The notes beneath the pieces are model-generated. The model searched no databases and was not told where the DNA came from. It saw only the letters and a program-made list of their open reading frames with translations. The position numbers and the translations under genes are program-made. A DNA stretch of 63,235 nt from Candidatus Micrarchaeota archaeon (GTDB taxonomy: Archaea > Micrarchaeota > Micrarchaeia > Anstonellales > Bilamarchaeaceae), in the NCBI GenBank assembly GCA_964590665.1, contig CAZPWA010000002.1, positions 1 to 63,235 of the forward strand, in the 5' to 3' direction. Position 1 is the stretch's first letter. Each line of letters begins with the position of its first letter. Shown here one piece after another: positions 55,570 through 63,235 of this stretch.

Positions 55570-56988
55570 CTAATCCGTCTCCGGGAAATACTTGTCTATG
55601 ACCTTTTTATTTACTCCTTTTTCCTTTGCAATTGCAATTTTTGCTTTCAATACTGCTTTGCTCTTGCTCAACTGCTTTTTCTCGTATTTTTTGTAAACTT
55701 CCGGTTTGTTGGCTTTAAGGTAATTTAGAAGTGCTGTTGGAGTCATCGTGTCTATTTCTTCAATTTCCTCGATTCCTTTGGAATCTTCAACACTTGCTTC
55801 TCCAAATACCTTTGCTGTCGCATTATCTATGAGCGCATCTAATTCTTTTGCAATTCCAATTTTCACTTCTTCAAACTCATTCGAGTATGCTTTGATTGAT
55901 TGCTCTATCTGGTCTTCCTTGTCGTGTGCTTCACTGATGTTCTTTAACTCGGATCTTTCCATTGCAATTATCTTATCTCTCTTTTCCTGAGTTTCAGTTC
56001 CGATTCTCTCAATTATTTCCTTTATTTTTGAAACAAGTGCTTCGAATTCTGTTTTTCTTTCATTATCGTTTTTTGCAGAACTTATTTTTATTGAGAAATC
56101 TTCTCTAAGTTTGTTTAATTCATCATTATATCTTTCATCTATCTCATCTGCAACGGAATTTGCTTCATTTGTGTATTTTTCCAATATTGCATCTATGATT
56201 ATTGGCTGATTTTGTGCTGTTGGGACTTTGGTCTCTTCTTGAATTTGGCTTTCTCCGCTTAAGAGTCTCTTGAGCATGGAAATTTCTGTTTTTATTTCTT
56301 CTTTTTTGGAAGTGACTTTTTCCTTAAACAACTGCTTTGTCAACTCTAGCATGCGCATCTTGATTTCTTTTTCGCTCATGTTGTTTGGTACTGTTATTTT
56401 TGGTTTTGGCAAATTCTCTTCCAAAAATTCAGGAACTTTTCTTACTTCTCTTTCAGTTTCTGCAATCAAGGGCTCTCTGCTTTCTATTTTTTGCTCCTTT
56501 ATTGCTACTGGTTTTTGCTCTTCAATTATGGATTCTCTGCTTGTTTGTGGAATTTCTCTTTCAATTATTTCGCTTTGTTTTGGCGAATCTTTTTCAAATT
56601 CAATTGCAGGTTTTGTTTCTTTTTCTAATTCTATTTCAATTTCAGGTTTTGGACTCTCTTTAACCTGTGCAATTTCCTGTGCAGTCACTAGTGTTTTTTC
56701 TGTATTTTTTTGCATCTCCAGTTCGATTTCTTTTGCAACTTTTTTCTCTTCTTCTTTGATTTGAGGAGTTCCTTTGATTAGGATTCCGCTCTTGTATATG
56801 CTTATTATTTTTTCGACTTTTTCGTATTGATTTATCAAATCTGCAAATTCGACTCTCTGCATTTCTATTTCAAGTAGTTTATTGCAGTCTTCCTTCTTCT
56901 GTGTTTCATATGGAAGTGCATTTTTTTCTATACTTCTTGCTTCTTCAACACTTTCTTGAAAGTTCATAATCGTTACCTCGATTCCCAT
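55570..56988 (-). CDS. E/K-rich coiled-coil protein, unknown function (pilus-operon member)
   Basis: 472-aa ORF dominated by Glu/Lys/Ile heptad-like low complexity. It overlaps the ATPase gene end by 16 nt and abuts the TadB-like start. Confidence 0.6.
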   Translation of the reverse strand: MGIEVTIMNFQESVEEARSIEKNALPYETQKKEDCNKLLEIEMQRVEFADLINQYEKVEKIISIYKSGILIKGTPQIKEEEKKVAKEIELEMQKNTEKTLVTAQEIAQVKESPKPEIEIELEKETKPAIEFEKDSPKQSEIIEREIPQTSRESIIEEQKPVAIKEQKIESREPLIAETEREVRKVPEFLEENLPKPKITVPNNMSEKEIKMRMLELTKQLFKEKVTSKKEEIKTEISMLKRLLSGESQIQEETKVPTAQNQPIIIDAILEKYTNEANSVADEIDERYNDELNKLREDFSIKISSAKNDNERKTEFEALVSKIKEIIERIGTETQEKRDKIIAMERSELKNISEAHDKEDQIEQSIKAYSNEFEEVKIGIAKELDALIDNATAKVFGEASVEDSKGIEEIEEIDTMTPTALLNYLKANKPEVYKKYEKKQLSKSKAVLKAKIAIAKEKGVNKKVIDKYFPETD

Positions 56989-58526
56989 GGCTTGTTTTTA
57001 TTGACCAAGTTCATGATTTCACTTGGCTCCTGATAATATCTTGAAACAATGGATCCAACTTGATCCACCTTATCATAATCATTTTTGACCATCCAATTTA
57101 ATACCTTGGATTTTTCTTCAATGTCATTTTCGATGTCTTTTTGGTCAAATCCGGCATATAATTCAAGCATGTTTGCAAGGCGGCTCATCTTTCCAATTCC
57201 TCTAACCCGATCGTTTTTGACTTCCCACCTGTAGAGTGTATTTGCTTTTGCCGCATCTGTTATTTCTGAAAATTCCAAAACTCTTCTCATATTGAGCCTT
57301 CTGTGTCTAAACATTACTACTAATCCTGCAAGTGCATCGAGCATCGCCGGAGGCACATTTATGGGAGGGTTTGTCAAACGCGAAACTGCCTGCTCTGAAT
57401 TATCTGCATGAACTGTTGCATAAACACTGTGCCCGGTGTGCATTGCTTCAAACATGACTTCTGCTTCTTTCTGTCTTCTTATTTCTCCGACAAACATTCT
57501 ATCTGGTCTTTGACGAAGTGCATTGACCATCAAATCCAGCATCGTTATTTCTCCCTTTCCTTCTGGGTTTGCTTCTCTAACTGTCATTGGAACCCAATGC
57601 AAAAAGGTTGGAAGAGTCAATTCTCTTGTATCTTCTATTGTGATTATTCTCTGGTTTGCAGGAATCAATCCGGCCATTGCATTCAAAAATGAGGTTTTTC
57701 CGCTACCTGTTCCCCCTGCAACAATCAAGGAGAGTTCATTTTGGATGCACATCCAAATCAATGATGCCATTTCTATGTCTATTGTTTTTGTTTTCAAAAA
57801 GCTTGTTATTGTCCAAGGATTTTTGGAAAACTTTCTGATCGTTATTGTATTTCCATATGATGAAATTGGAAATAGTGTTGCATTCACACGGTCTCCTGTT
57901 GGAAGGTGTGCATCCAAAAGTGGATTTAGTATGTTTATCTGTCTTCCGACTTTTCTTGCAATTGTGGATGCATAATCATATACCTGCTCTTCATTTTTTA
58001 TCTTCAGATTAGTTTTGCACCATCCGAATTTTTTGTGATATACCCAAACAGGTTCTTTTGAATTGTTTATTACAATTTCTTCCAATTGCTCATCTGATAA
58101 AAGTGCTTCTATTTCTCCAAGTCCTAATGTGTTTTGGAGAAGATACACTGCAAGGATTTCTTTTTTGTCTTCTGGAAGAGATGGGAAATTTTTAGTTAGT
58201 ATTTTTTTTGCAGCTTCGAGGAATTTTACTTTGACTCCCGAGTATTTTTTGGGATCTAATATGTCTGCTATATCTAACTTTACTTCTGTTACTAATTCTC
58301 CCTTTAATTTTGTTTCCAATATTAATTTGGTTCCTTCTGCAATTCCCTGTATTGCAACTTCGTATTTTGGAACATATTCGGTTACTGAATCCTTTTTTAT
58401 TATTCTGACTTCGACCAAAATTCCTTCGCTTTTGAATGTGTATGAACTGACTAGTATGTTTTTTGATTTTGCTGCAATCTCTTCTTCTTTAACTGCCCCC
58501 TGAACTTCTATTTTTTCATCTGCCAT
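56973..58526 (-). CDS. type II/IV secretion-family ATPase (archaeal PilB/FlaI/TadA-like)
   Basis: Walker A GGTGSGKTS, IITIEDTRELTL, Walker B-like RMFVGEIR and His box VYATVHA. The N-terminal domain has LGLGEIEALLSD...EEIVIN typical of archaeal FlaI/PilB. Confidence 0.92.
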   Translation of the reverse strand: MADEKIEVQGAVKEEEIAAKSKNILVSSYTFKSEGILVEVRIIKKDSVTEYVPKYEVAIQGIAEGTKLILETKLKGELVTEVKLDIADILDPKKYSGVKVKFLEAAKKILTKNFPSLPEDKKEILAVYLLQNTLGLGEIEALLSDEQLEEIVINNSKEPVWVYHKKFGWCKTNLKIKNEEQVYDYASTIARKVGRQINILNPLLDAHLPTGDRVNATLFPISSYGNTITIRKFSKNPWTITSFLKTKTIDIEMASLIWMCIQNELSLIVAGGTGSGKTSFLNAMAGLIPANQRIITIEDTRELTLPTFLHWVPMTVREANPEGKGEITMLDLMVNALRQRPDRMFVGEIRRQKEAEVMFEAMHTGHSVYATVHADNSEQAVSRLTNPPINVPPAMLDALAGLVVMFRHRRLNMRRVLEFSEITDAAKANTLYRWEVKNDRVRGIGKMSRLANMLELYAGFDQKDIENDIEEKSKVLNWMVKNDYDKVDQVGSIVSRYYQEPSEIMNLVNKNKPWESR

Positions 58527-60239
58527 TTATTTTCCCTCATTTTCCCATAGTTTCTTTATGAGTTTTTTAAGTTCCTCTCTCTTCTTTCTGTATTCCATTT
58601 CCTCTTCCTTTGTCAAGTCTATTTGTTTTTTGATTTCTTCTTTTTTCTCTTGCGCAATCTTTGCAACCTGAGGAGTTTCTGGAACTGGCTCTTCTTTTCT
58701 AATTGAGAGTAGTTTTGCTTCCCTTGCAATCAAAGTTATCTTTTTATTTAGGTTTTCCGAGCTTTCTGAAAGTTCATCTATTGTATCTTTTATTTCCTGT
58801 GCTATTTTTTGTTTTTCTTTAATTGTATTTACTGTGTTTACTATTTCCTTCATCTCTGGTTTTTTGAGAAGCTCAGCAACGTTTTTACTCTCCTTTTCAA
58901 TTTCTTCTTCTTTGTTTAGCGCTTCCTTAATGGAGCCGTCCAATTCGCCCTTCATTTTTTCTATTCTCTTTTCAAATGTCTCTATTGAAGCTGCGATTTT
59001 TTCACGTATTTTCTGATAAGCAAAATAAGTTGATTTTTCTTCTTCAAGTGAGTTTGCAATTGAATCCAATTCCTTCTTTATCTGAACTAACTTATCATCA
59101 ACTGCAAAATTCAGCTCTTCAAATTCCATTGACGCTGTTGCATTTCCGGAAACTGCATCTATTATTTTAGCCAAGGCTTCAACTTTTTCATCTATTTCGT
59201 TTTGCTCTTTCTCTATTTCCTGAAGTTTTTCCCTAGTTTCACTCTCTTTATCTAATCTTTTTATTGCTCCCTTGGCATTTGTGTATGTTTGATCAAATCG
59301 TTCAAGGACTTCTCTGTTTTCTTCAATTTTTTGAGCTATCTCATCTACTCTTTTTGTGACATTTAGTGCTTCTTGTGAAACTTCTGCCATTTCTTCTCTT
59401 AATTTTTCAAGAACTGATGCCTTTTCATCTATTTCCAAAAACACTTCTTTAACTGCGCTCGCTCCTTCAATCGCATCTCTCAAATCTTCCTTTAATTCAA
59501 GTCCCTTTGTTCTGATTACTAAAAATTCTTTTTTGAACTGATCAAATTTCTTCTTTATTTCTGCAACCGATGGAAGGTTCAGATCTTCTTCCTTGTTTTT
59601 TATTGTTTTGGTTTTTACCTGAGATATTTTTTTCTTTATTTCTTCAATTTGAGAAACCAAACCTTCTGTTTTTTCGATGCTTTTCTTATTCTCTTGCTGC
59701 ATCTCTTCAATATTAATTGCTCTTAATTCGTTTCTCAATTCTTCTAGTTCCTGGTTTAGTTGCTCTACTTCAACCTTGTTTTTCTCAATTAATGATTCAA
59801 CTTCCTTAAATCCATCTTCCTGGGGTATTGCAGGCATTTTTTCAAGTTCTTGTTCCACTTTTTCAAGCTTGCTTGCTGTTTTTGCGTAAAATTCGTTGAA
59901 TGATGTTATGAATTCTTTCAAGTCTTCCCTTTCCTTATCCATCCTTTCTTTTATCTGCTCTGATTCATCTGCAATTTCTCTTTTTTGTGTAACTATTCTT
60001 TCTTCTTTTTCAACTACTTCTTCCTCGGTTGGCTTAATCCAAACCAGATAAACTTTTGTGAGTCTATACTCTATTCTTAAGATTCCTTCTTCTTCAAGCA
60101 CTCTTGACCAGTCTTCAATAGTTTCGCTTGGAATGTTTAGTGTTTTTGATGCTTCTTCCAATTCGACCTTGCTTTTTTGTTTTACAAGTCGAACTAAGGC
60201 ATCTACTCCTGTAGTAATTAGTAGTTCATCGAACTCCAT
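58527..60239 (-). CDS. coiled-coil protein with N-terminal winged-helix-like module (first gene of the pilus operon)
   Basis: 570 aa. The N-terminal ~70 aa (VDALVRLVKQKSKVELEEASKTLNIPSETIEDWSRVLEEEGILRIEY) resemble the repeat module of the divergent gene. The rest is an E/K-rich coiled coil. Confidence 0.6.
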   Translation of the reverse strand: MEFDELLITTGVDALVRLVKQKSKVELEEASKTLNIPSETIEDWSRVLEEEGILRIEYRLTKVYLVWIKPTEEEVVEKEERIVTQKREIADESEQIKERMDKEREDLKEFITSFNEFYAKTASKLEKVEQELEKMPAIPQEDGFKEVESLIEKNKVEVEQLNQELEELRNELRAINIEEMQQENKKSIEKTEGLVSQIEEIKKKISQVKTKTIKNKEEDLNLPSVAEIKKKFDQFKKEFLVIRTKGLELKEDLRDAIEGASAVKEVFLEIDEKASVLEKLREEMAEVSQEALNVTKRVDEIAQKIEENREVLERFDQTYTNAKGAIKRLDKESETREKLQEIEKEQNEIDEKVEALAKIIDAVSGNATASMEFEELNFAVDDKLVQIKKELDSIANSLEEEKSTYFAYQKIREKIAASIETFEKRIEKMKGELDGSIKEALNKEEEIEKESKNVAELLKKPEMKEIVNTVNTIKEKQKIAQEIKDTIDELSESSENLNKKITLIAREAKLLSIRKEEPVPETPQVAKIAQEKKEEIKKQIDLTKEEEMEYRKKREELKKLIKKLWENEGK

Positions 60240-60301
60240 GACTTGATTAAATTGAGTATGTTAATAAAGATTCTCCTCATTTAATAACTAACTGAATTTG
60301 C

Positions 60302-61786
60302 GTGATTGAGATGGATCTCTCTAATGATTACAAAATTAAAAAGAACGAAAAAGGCCCTCTTCAGAGGTTCAAGAATCAAAATCTTATCCTAAAAAAATTC
60401 GGAGACCTTGGCCTTTCTGTCTATAAGGCAATTACTGGAAAACGCTCTTTAAGCGAATTAAAAAATGATGTTTCTGTTGATCCAAAACTATTTGATCAAA
60501 TGATCGAGTTCATGGAAAAGAATGAACTAATTATTCTTGAAAAACCCTCTTCCTCCAAGGACGAACCTTCTGTTGATTCAGAGCCTGTTTCAGAAGAGGT
60601 TCCTATTGAAATGCCAAAGAAAAAAACATCTTCCAAAAAGAAAGTTGTCGATGAGCTTCCTCCAGAACCCGAGCCTCCAAAAGAAGAGATTGCTCCAGAA
60701 CCATCTTACTCTGAATCCACTTCCTCTTTTGATGATGAAATAAAGCCAATCGATTTGGATCTTCCATCAACTGATTCCAAAAAGAAAAAAACTGTTGATG
60801 AGCCTGAACCATTGGATTTTGTTGAAACTCCAAAGGAAAGCGAACCTATCGAAACTCCTCCACAAGAACCTTCAACTCCAGAGCCTGATATTTCTCCTAT
60901 TGAAAATACTTCTACTTCTCAAAGCCGTTCTCTTGGAACTCTTGAGCAGATAATTTTCGATAAATATGGTGATTTGGGCCTCAAAGTCTACTCTTTGATT
61001 GACGGTCAAAGAACTGCTGAAGAAATAATGCGCCAGACTGGTCTAACAGAATCCAAATTAGTTGAAATTCTTGACTTTTTGGATGAGCAGGGAATAATCA
61101 AATTGGACTATCCTAGAAATAATGCCCCTCCTTCTTCTCCCCCATTGCAGCAAAATGCATTTTCCGGGGGAAGCTCAAATTATGCTGCTCCTTCAAACTA
61201 CACAAACCCTCAATCAAATTATGCTGCTCCTTATTCTCCCCCATCGTCACAACCAACTTCTGGCGGTTTCTCTCCTATGATCGAAGGGGAAACAAAAAAC
61301 GATGAAAATTCTCCAGTTCCATTTCCTGTTGAAATTTATTCAAAAGCTCCTGTTGATATTGTTCGGGCAGTTCAGCTTAAGACAAAAATTCTTCTAAAAT
61401 ATGGAGATCGGGGAAACAAGATCATGGAAATGATTGATGGCAAAAATGATGTTTTAGATATCTGCCTAAAACTTTCCCTTCCGCTTTACACTGTTTATGA
61501 ATTAATCAACTTTATGATGGAAAATGGTCTTCTAATTAGAAGGGCTTCTTCCCGTTCTGAAGTTAAATCCAAATACGGTGATGAAGGCTACACAATATAC
61601 AAAAGATATGGCCGCGAAGGTCTTCTCTTTTATGAACTTGTTGGTAAGGAAATGGGCATAAAAGCAATGGCTGATATGGTTTCAAAGGATAAAAACAAGG
61701 TTCTTGAAATGTTTATTTTCATCTACCAGGTTTTAGGTGTTGAGCTTCCTGTTGATAAGAATCTTCTTGCCAAAGAACTCAACTAA
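60302..61786 (+). CDS. protein with four winged-helix-like repeats separated by Pro/Ser/Glu-rich linkers
   Basis: Four ~50-aa modules share [KR][FY]GD.G..VY..I.G.....E......L....L.E.L.F....G.I. Module 1: KKFGDLGLSVYKAITGKRSLSEL...MIEFMEKNELIIL. Module 2: DKYGDLGLKVYSLIDGQRTAEEI...ILDFLDEQGIIKL. Module 3: LKYGDRGNKIMEMIDGKNDVLDI...LINFMMENGLLIR. Module 4: KRYGREGLLFYELVGKEMGIKAM. Confidence 0.6.
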   Translation: MIEMDLSNDYKIKKNEKGPLQRFKNQNLILKKFGDLGLSVYKAITGKRSLSELKNDVSVDPKLFDQMIEFMEKNELIILEKPSSSKDEPSVDSEPVSEEVPIEMPKKKTSSKKKVVDELPPEPEPPKEEIAPEPSYSESTSSFDDEIKPIDLDLPSTDSKKKKTVDEPEPLDFVETPKESEPIETPPQEPSTPEPDISPIENTSTSQSRSLGTLEQIIFDKYGDLGLKVYSLIDGQRTAEEIMRQTGLTESKLVEILDFLDEQGIIKLDYPRNNAPPSSPPLQQNAFSGGSSNYAAPSNYTNPQSNYAAPYSPPSSQPTSGGFSPMIEGETKNDENSPVPFPVEIYSKAPVDIVRAVQLKTKILLKYGDRGNKIMEMIDGKNDVLDICLKLSLPLYTVYELINFMMENGLLIRRASSRSEVKSKYGDEGYTIYKRYGREGLLFYELVGKEMGIKAMADMVSKDKNKVLEMFIFIYQVLGVELPVDKNLLAKELN

Positions 61787-62075
61787 TTCTTGAAACACTT
61801 ATTCTTTCTATTTCTTCAATTTCCGCTTTTTCTCTTTTTGCTCCTTTTATTGAAATTATCTTTTCCAAATTGAATTCAATTTCTATTTCTTCCTTTCCAT
61901 TTTCTGCCCATTTTTTTGCTTCTCTTATGTCTTTTTTTCCACTTAGAAAGAGAAGGAATTCCAAATCAAAATTTTTTGCAATGTTTATTTTTCTTTTAAA
62001 AGTTTCTTTTGCGCTTTCAAATGCAACTGTTATTTCCTCTTTGGAAACTTCTTTTTTAGTGAGTATTTTGAACAT
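61779..62075 (-). CDS. small protein, possibly a short Cgi121-like KEOPS subunit
   Basis: 98 aa. DLEFLLFLSGKKDIREAKKW resembles the Cgi121 LE.LLY.SG.RQI..A segment. Weak and from memory only. Confidence 0.3.
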   Translation of the reverse strand: MFKILTKKEVSKEEITVAFESAKETFKRKINIAKNFDLEFLLFLSGKKDIREAKKWAENGKEEIEIEFNLEKIISIKGAKREKAEIEEIERISVSRIS

Positions 62076-62158
62076 TTAATCCAACATTGCTTCAAGGGAA
62101 GAGTTAAAAAACCTTATTTCGCTTAATCTATTCTAGTATTACATTTAGAGGAATTTAT

Positions 62159-62542
62159 ATGCAACAATATCACAAGCCACATGGTAAAAAGGTCAGCAGC
62201 GGTAGCGGCGGAAGAACTAGAAAGTTCAAGGACAAAAAACTCTCTCACGTTGGTGGGGTATTTAGTTCAACAAAAGTTTCTACTTCACAAGTCACTTCAA
62301 AAGTCAGAACTAGAGGCGGAAGCTTAAAAACCAAGGTCAAAAAGGCAGCACATGTCAATGTCGTTACAAAAAGCGGCACAAAAGTTGCAAAGATCTTGAG
62401 AGTTTTGGAAAGCCACAACTCTGAGTATGTTCGTATGAACATTTTGGTCAAAGGAACAATTATCGAAACTGATCTTGGAAAAGTAAAAGTAACTAATAGA
62501 GTTGGCCAAGACGGCGTAGTTAACGGCGTTTTAGTTTCTTAA
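62159..62542 (+). CDS. rps8e: 30S ribosomal protein S8e
   Basis: HGKKVSSGSGGRTRKFKDKKLSHVGG...VRTRGGSLKTKVKK...NILVKGTIIETDLGKVKVTNRVGQDGVVNGVLV. Confidence 0.9.
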   Translation: MQQYHKPHGKKVSSGSGGRTRKFKDKKLSHVGGVFSSTKVSTSQVTSKVRTRGGSLKTKVKKAAHVNVVTKSGTKVAKILRVLESHNSEYVRMNILVKGTIIETDLGKVKVTNRVGQDGVVNGVLVS

Positions 62543-62665
62543 ATTTTTTTAAATAATTTCTCTGATTTTAATCTTAAGATTTAGCTAAGAATCTTTCTCT
62601 AAGCCCATCTTTTTCGATTAGTATATTATTTTGCTGATCATGCGTAAACTGACGATCGTTTTCTC

Positions 62666-63235
62666 ATATTTATTTGACTTTGGTTAATTCGAAACAAGAA
62701 GATAACCAACATAATACATTTCATCAAGATTTCAATACCACTTTGGTTAATTCGAAACCCATTAGAAAAACACCTTCATTTGGAGATATTCATATTTCAA
62801 TACCACTTTGGTTAATTCGAAACGGGCACTTCTCCGATTGAAATATTTAACTGATCAATATTTCAATACCACTTTGGTTAATTCGAAACGTTTGTGTGGG
62901 CAACTGCTCGATAGTGGCAGGGTGATTTCAATACCACTTTGGTTAATTCGAAACCATATTTATTTGAGCACAATCTGATTCTTTTGTATTTCAATACCAC
63001 TTTGGTTAATTCGAAACAAAGACACGGAAGGCAATTATTCCCAGAAAATATATTTCAATACCACTTTGGTTAATTCGAAACTTTGCGAGATTTTGCATGG
63101 TTATTTTTGCATCTAAATTTCAATACCACTTTGGTTAATTCGAAACCTCAGGGAAATAAAGCAACTCCAACTGCAACCCTATTTCAATACCACTTTGGTT
63201 AATTCGAAACCAGGAGTAAGAATCAGACCATCTTC
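62666..63235 (-). CRISPR. CRISPR array, 30-bp repeat, 8 perfect + 1 degenerate/truncated repeat, truncated by the window end
   Basis: Plus-strand repeat atttcaataccactttggttaattcgaaac starts at 62729, 62794, 62860, 62925, 62988, 63052, 63117 and 63181. A degenerate copy ends at 62695. Spacers are 33-36 bp and all different. The reverse complement gtttcgaattaaccaaagtggtattgaaat ends in attgaaat (an ATTGAAA[CG]-like tag). With the degenerate repeat at the low-coordinate end, this suggests minus-strand transcription with the leader beyond 63235. Confidence 0.95.

Overview
This is an AT-rich (roughly one-third GC by eye), densely coded archaeal chromosome segment. Archaeal identity rests on EF-1alpha, the L7Ae-S28e-L24e-Ndk cluster, S8e, FEN1, class I LysRS, aMBF1, an archaeal-type ThrRS editing domain, ApgM and a class-III-signal pilin. 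Small genes, few biosynthetic genes and many surface or unknown proteins fit a DPANN-like episymbiont, but that is inference only. The window holds about 70 CDS, a stand-alone 5S rRNA, tRNA-His(GUG) and a GC-rich structured RNA candidate. It also holds a CRISPR array (30-bp repeat, 9 repeats seen) cut by the right edge, with no cas gene in the 62 kb to its left. Most notable observations: (1) a 6-gene Tad/Epd-like type IV filament operon (52.9-60.2 kb) with a split platform protein and two giant E/K-rich coiled-coil proteins, plus a divergent gene built from four winged-helix-like repeats; (2) several almost lysine-free, Arg(AGA)-rich proteins in an otherwise Lys-rich proteome, one being an HExxH protein preceded by a small acidic chaperone/immunity-like gene; (3) a ThrRS carrying both the archaeal editing domain and a degenerate bacterial N2 domain; (4) an isonitrile-synthase (PvcA/DIT1)-like gene; (5) a membrane-anchored tandem AAA+ ATPase; (6) a bacterial-type hsp20-grpE-dnaK-J-dnaJ island; (7) two genes (grpE and the isonitrile-synthase-like gene) whose ATG starts are out of frame with the conserved body, the frames meeting at A5 runs. 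All family calls come from motifs read by eye; no database search was run.
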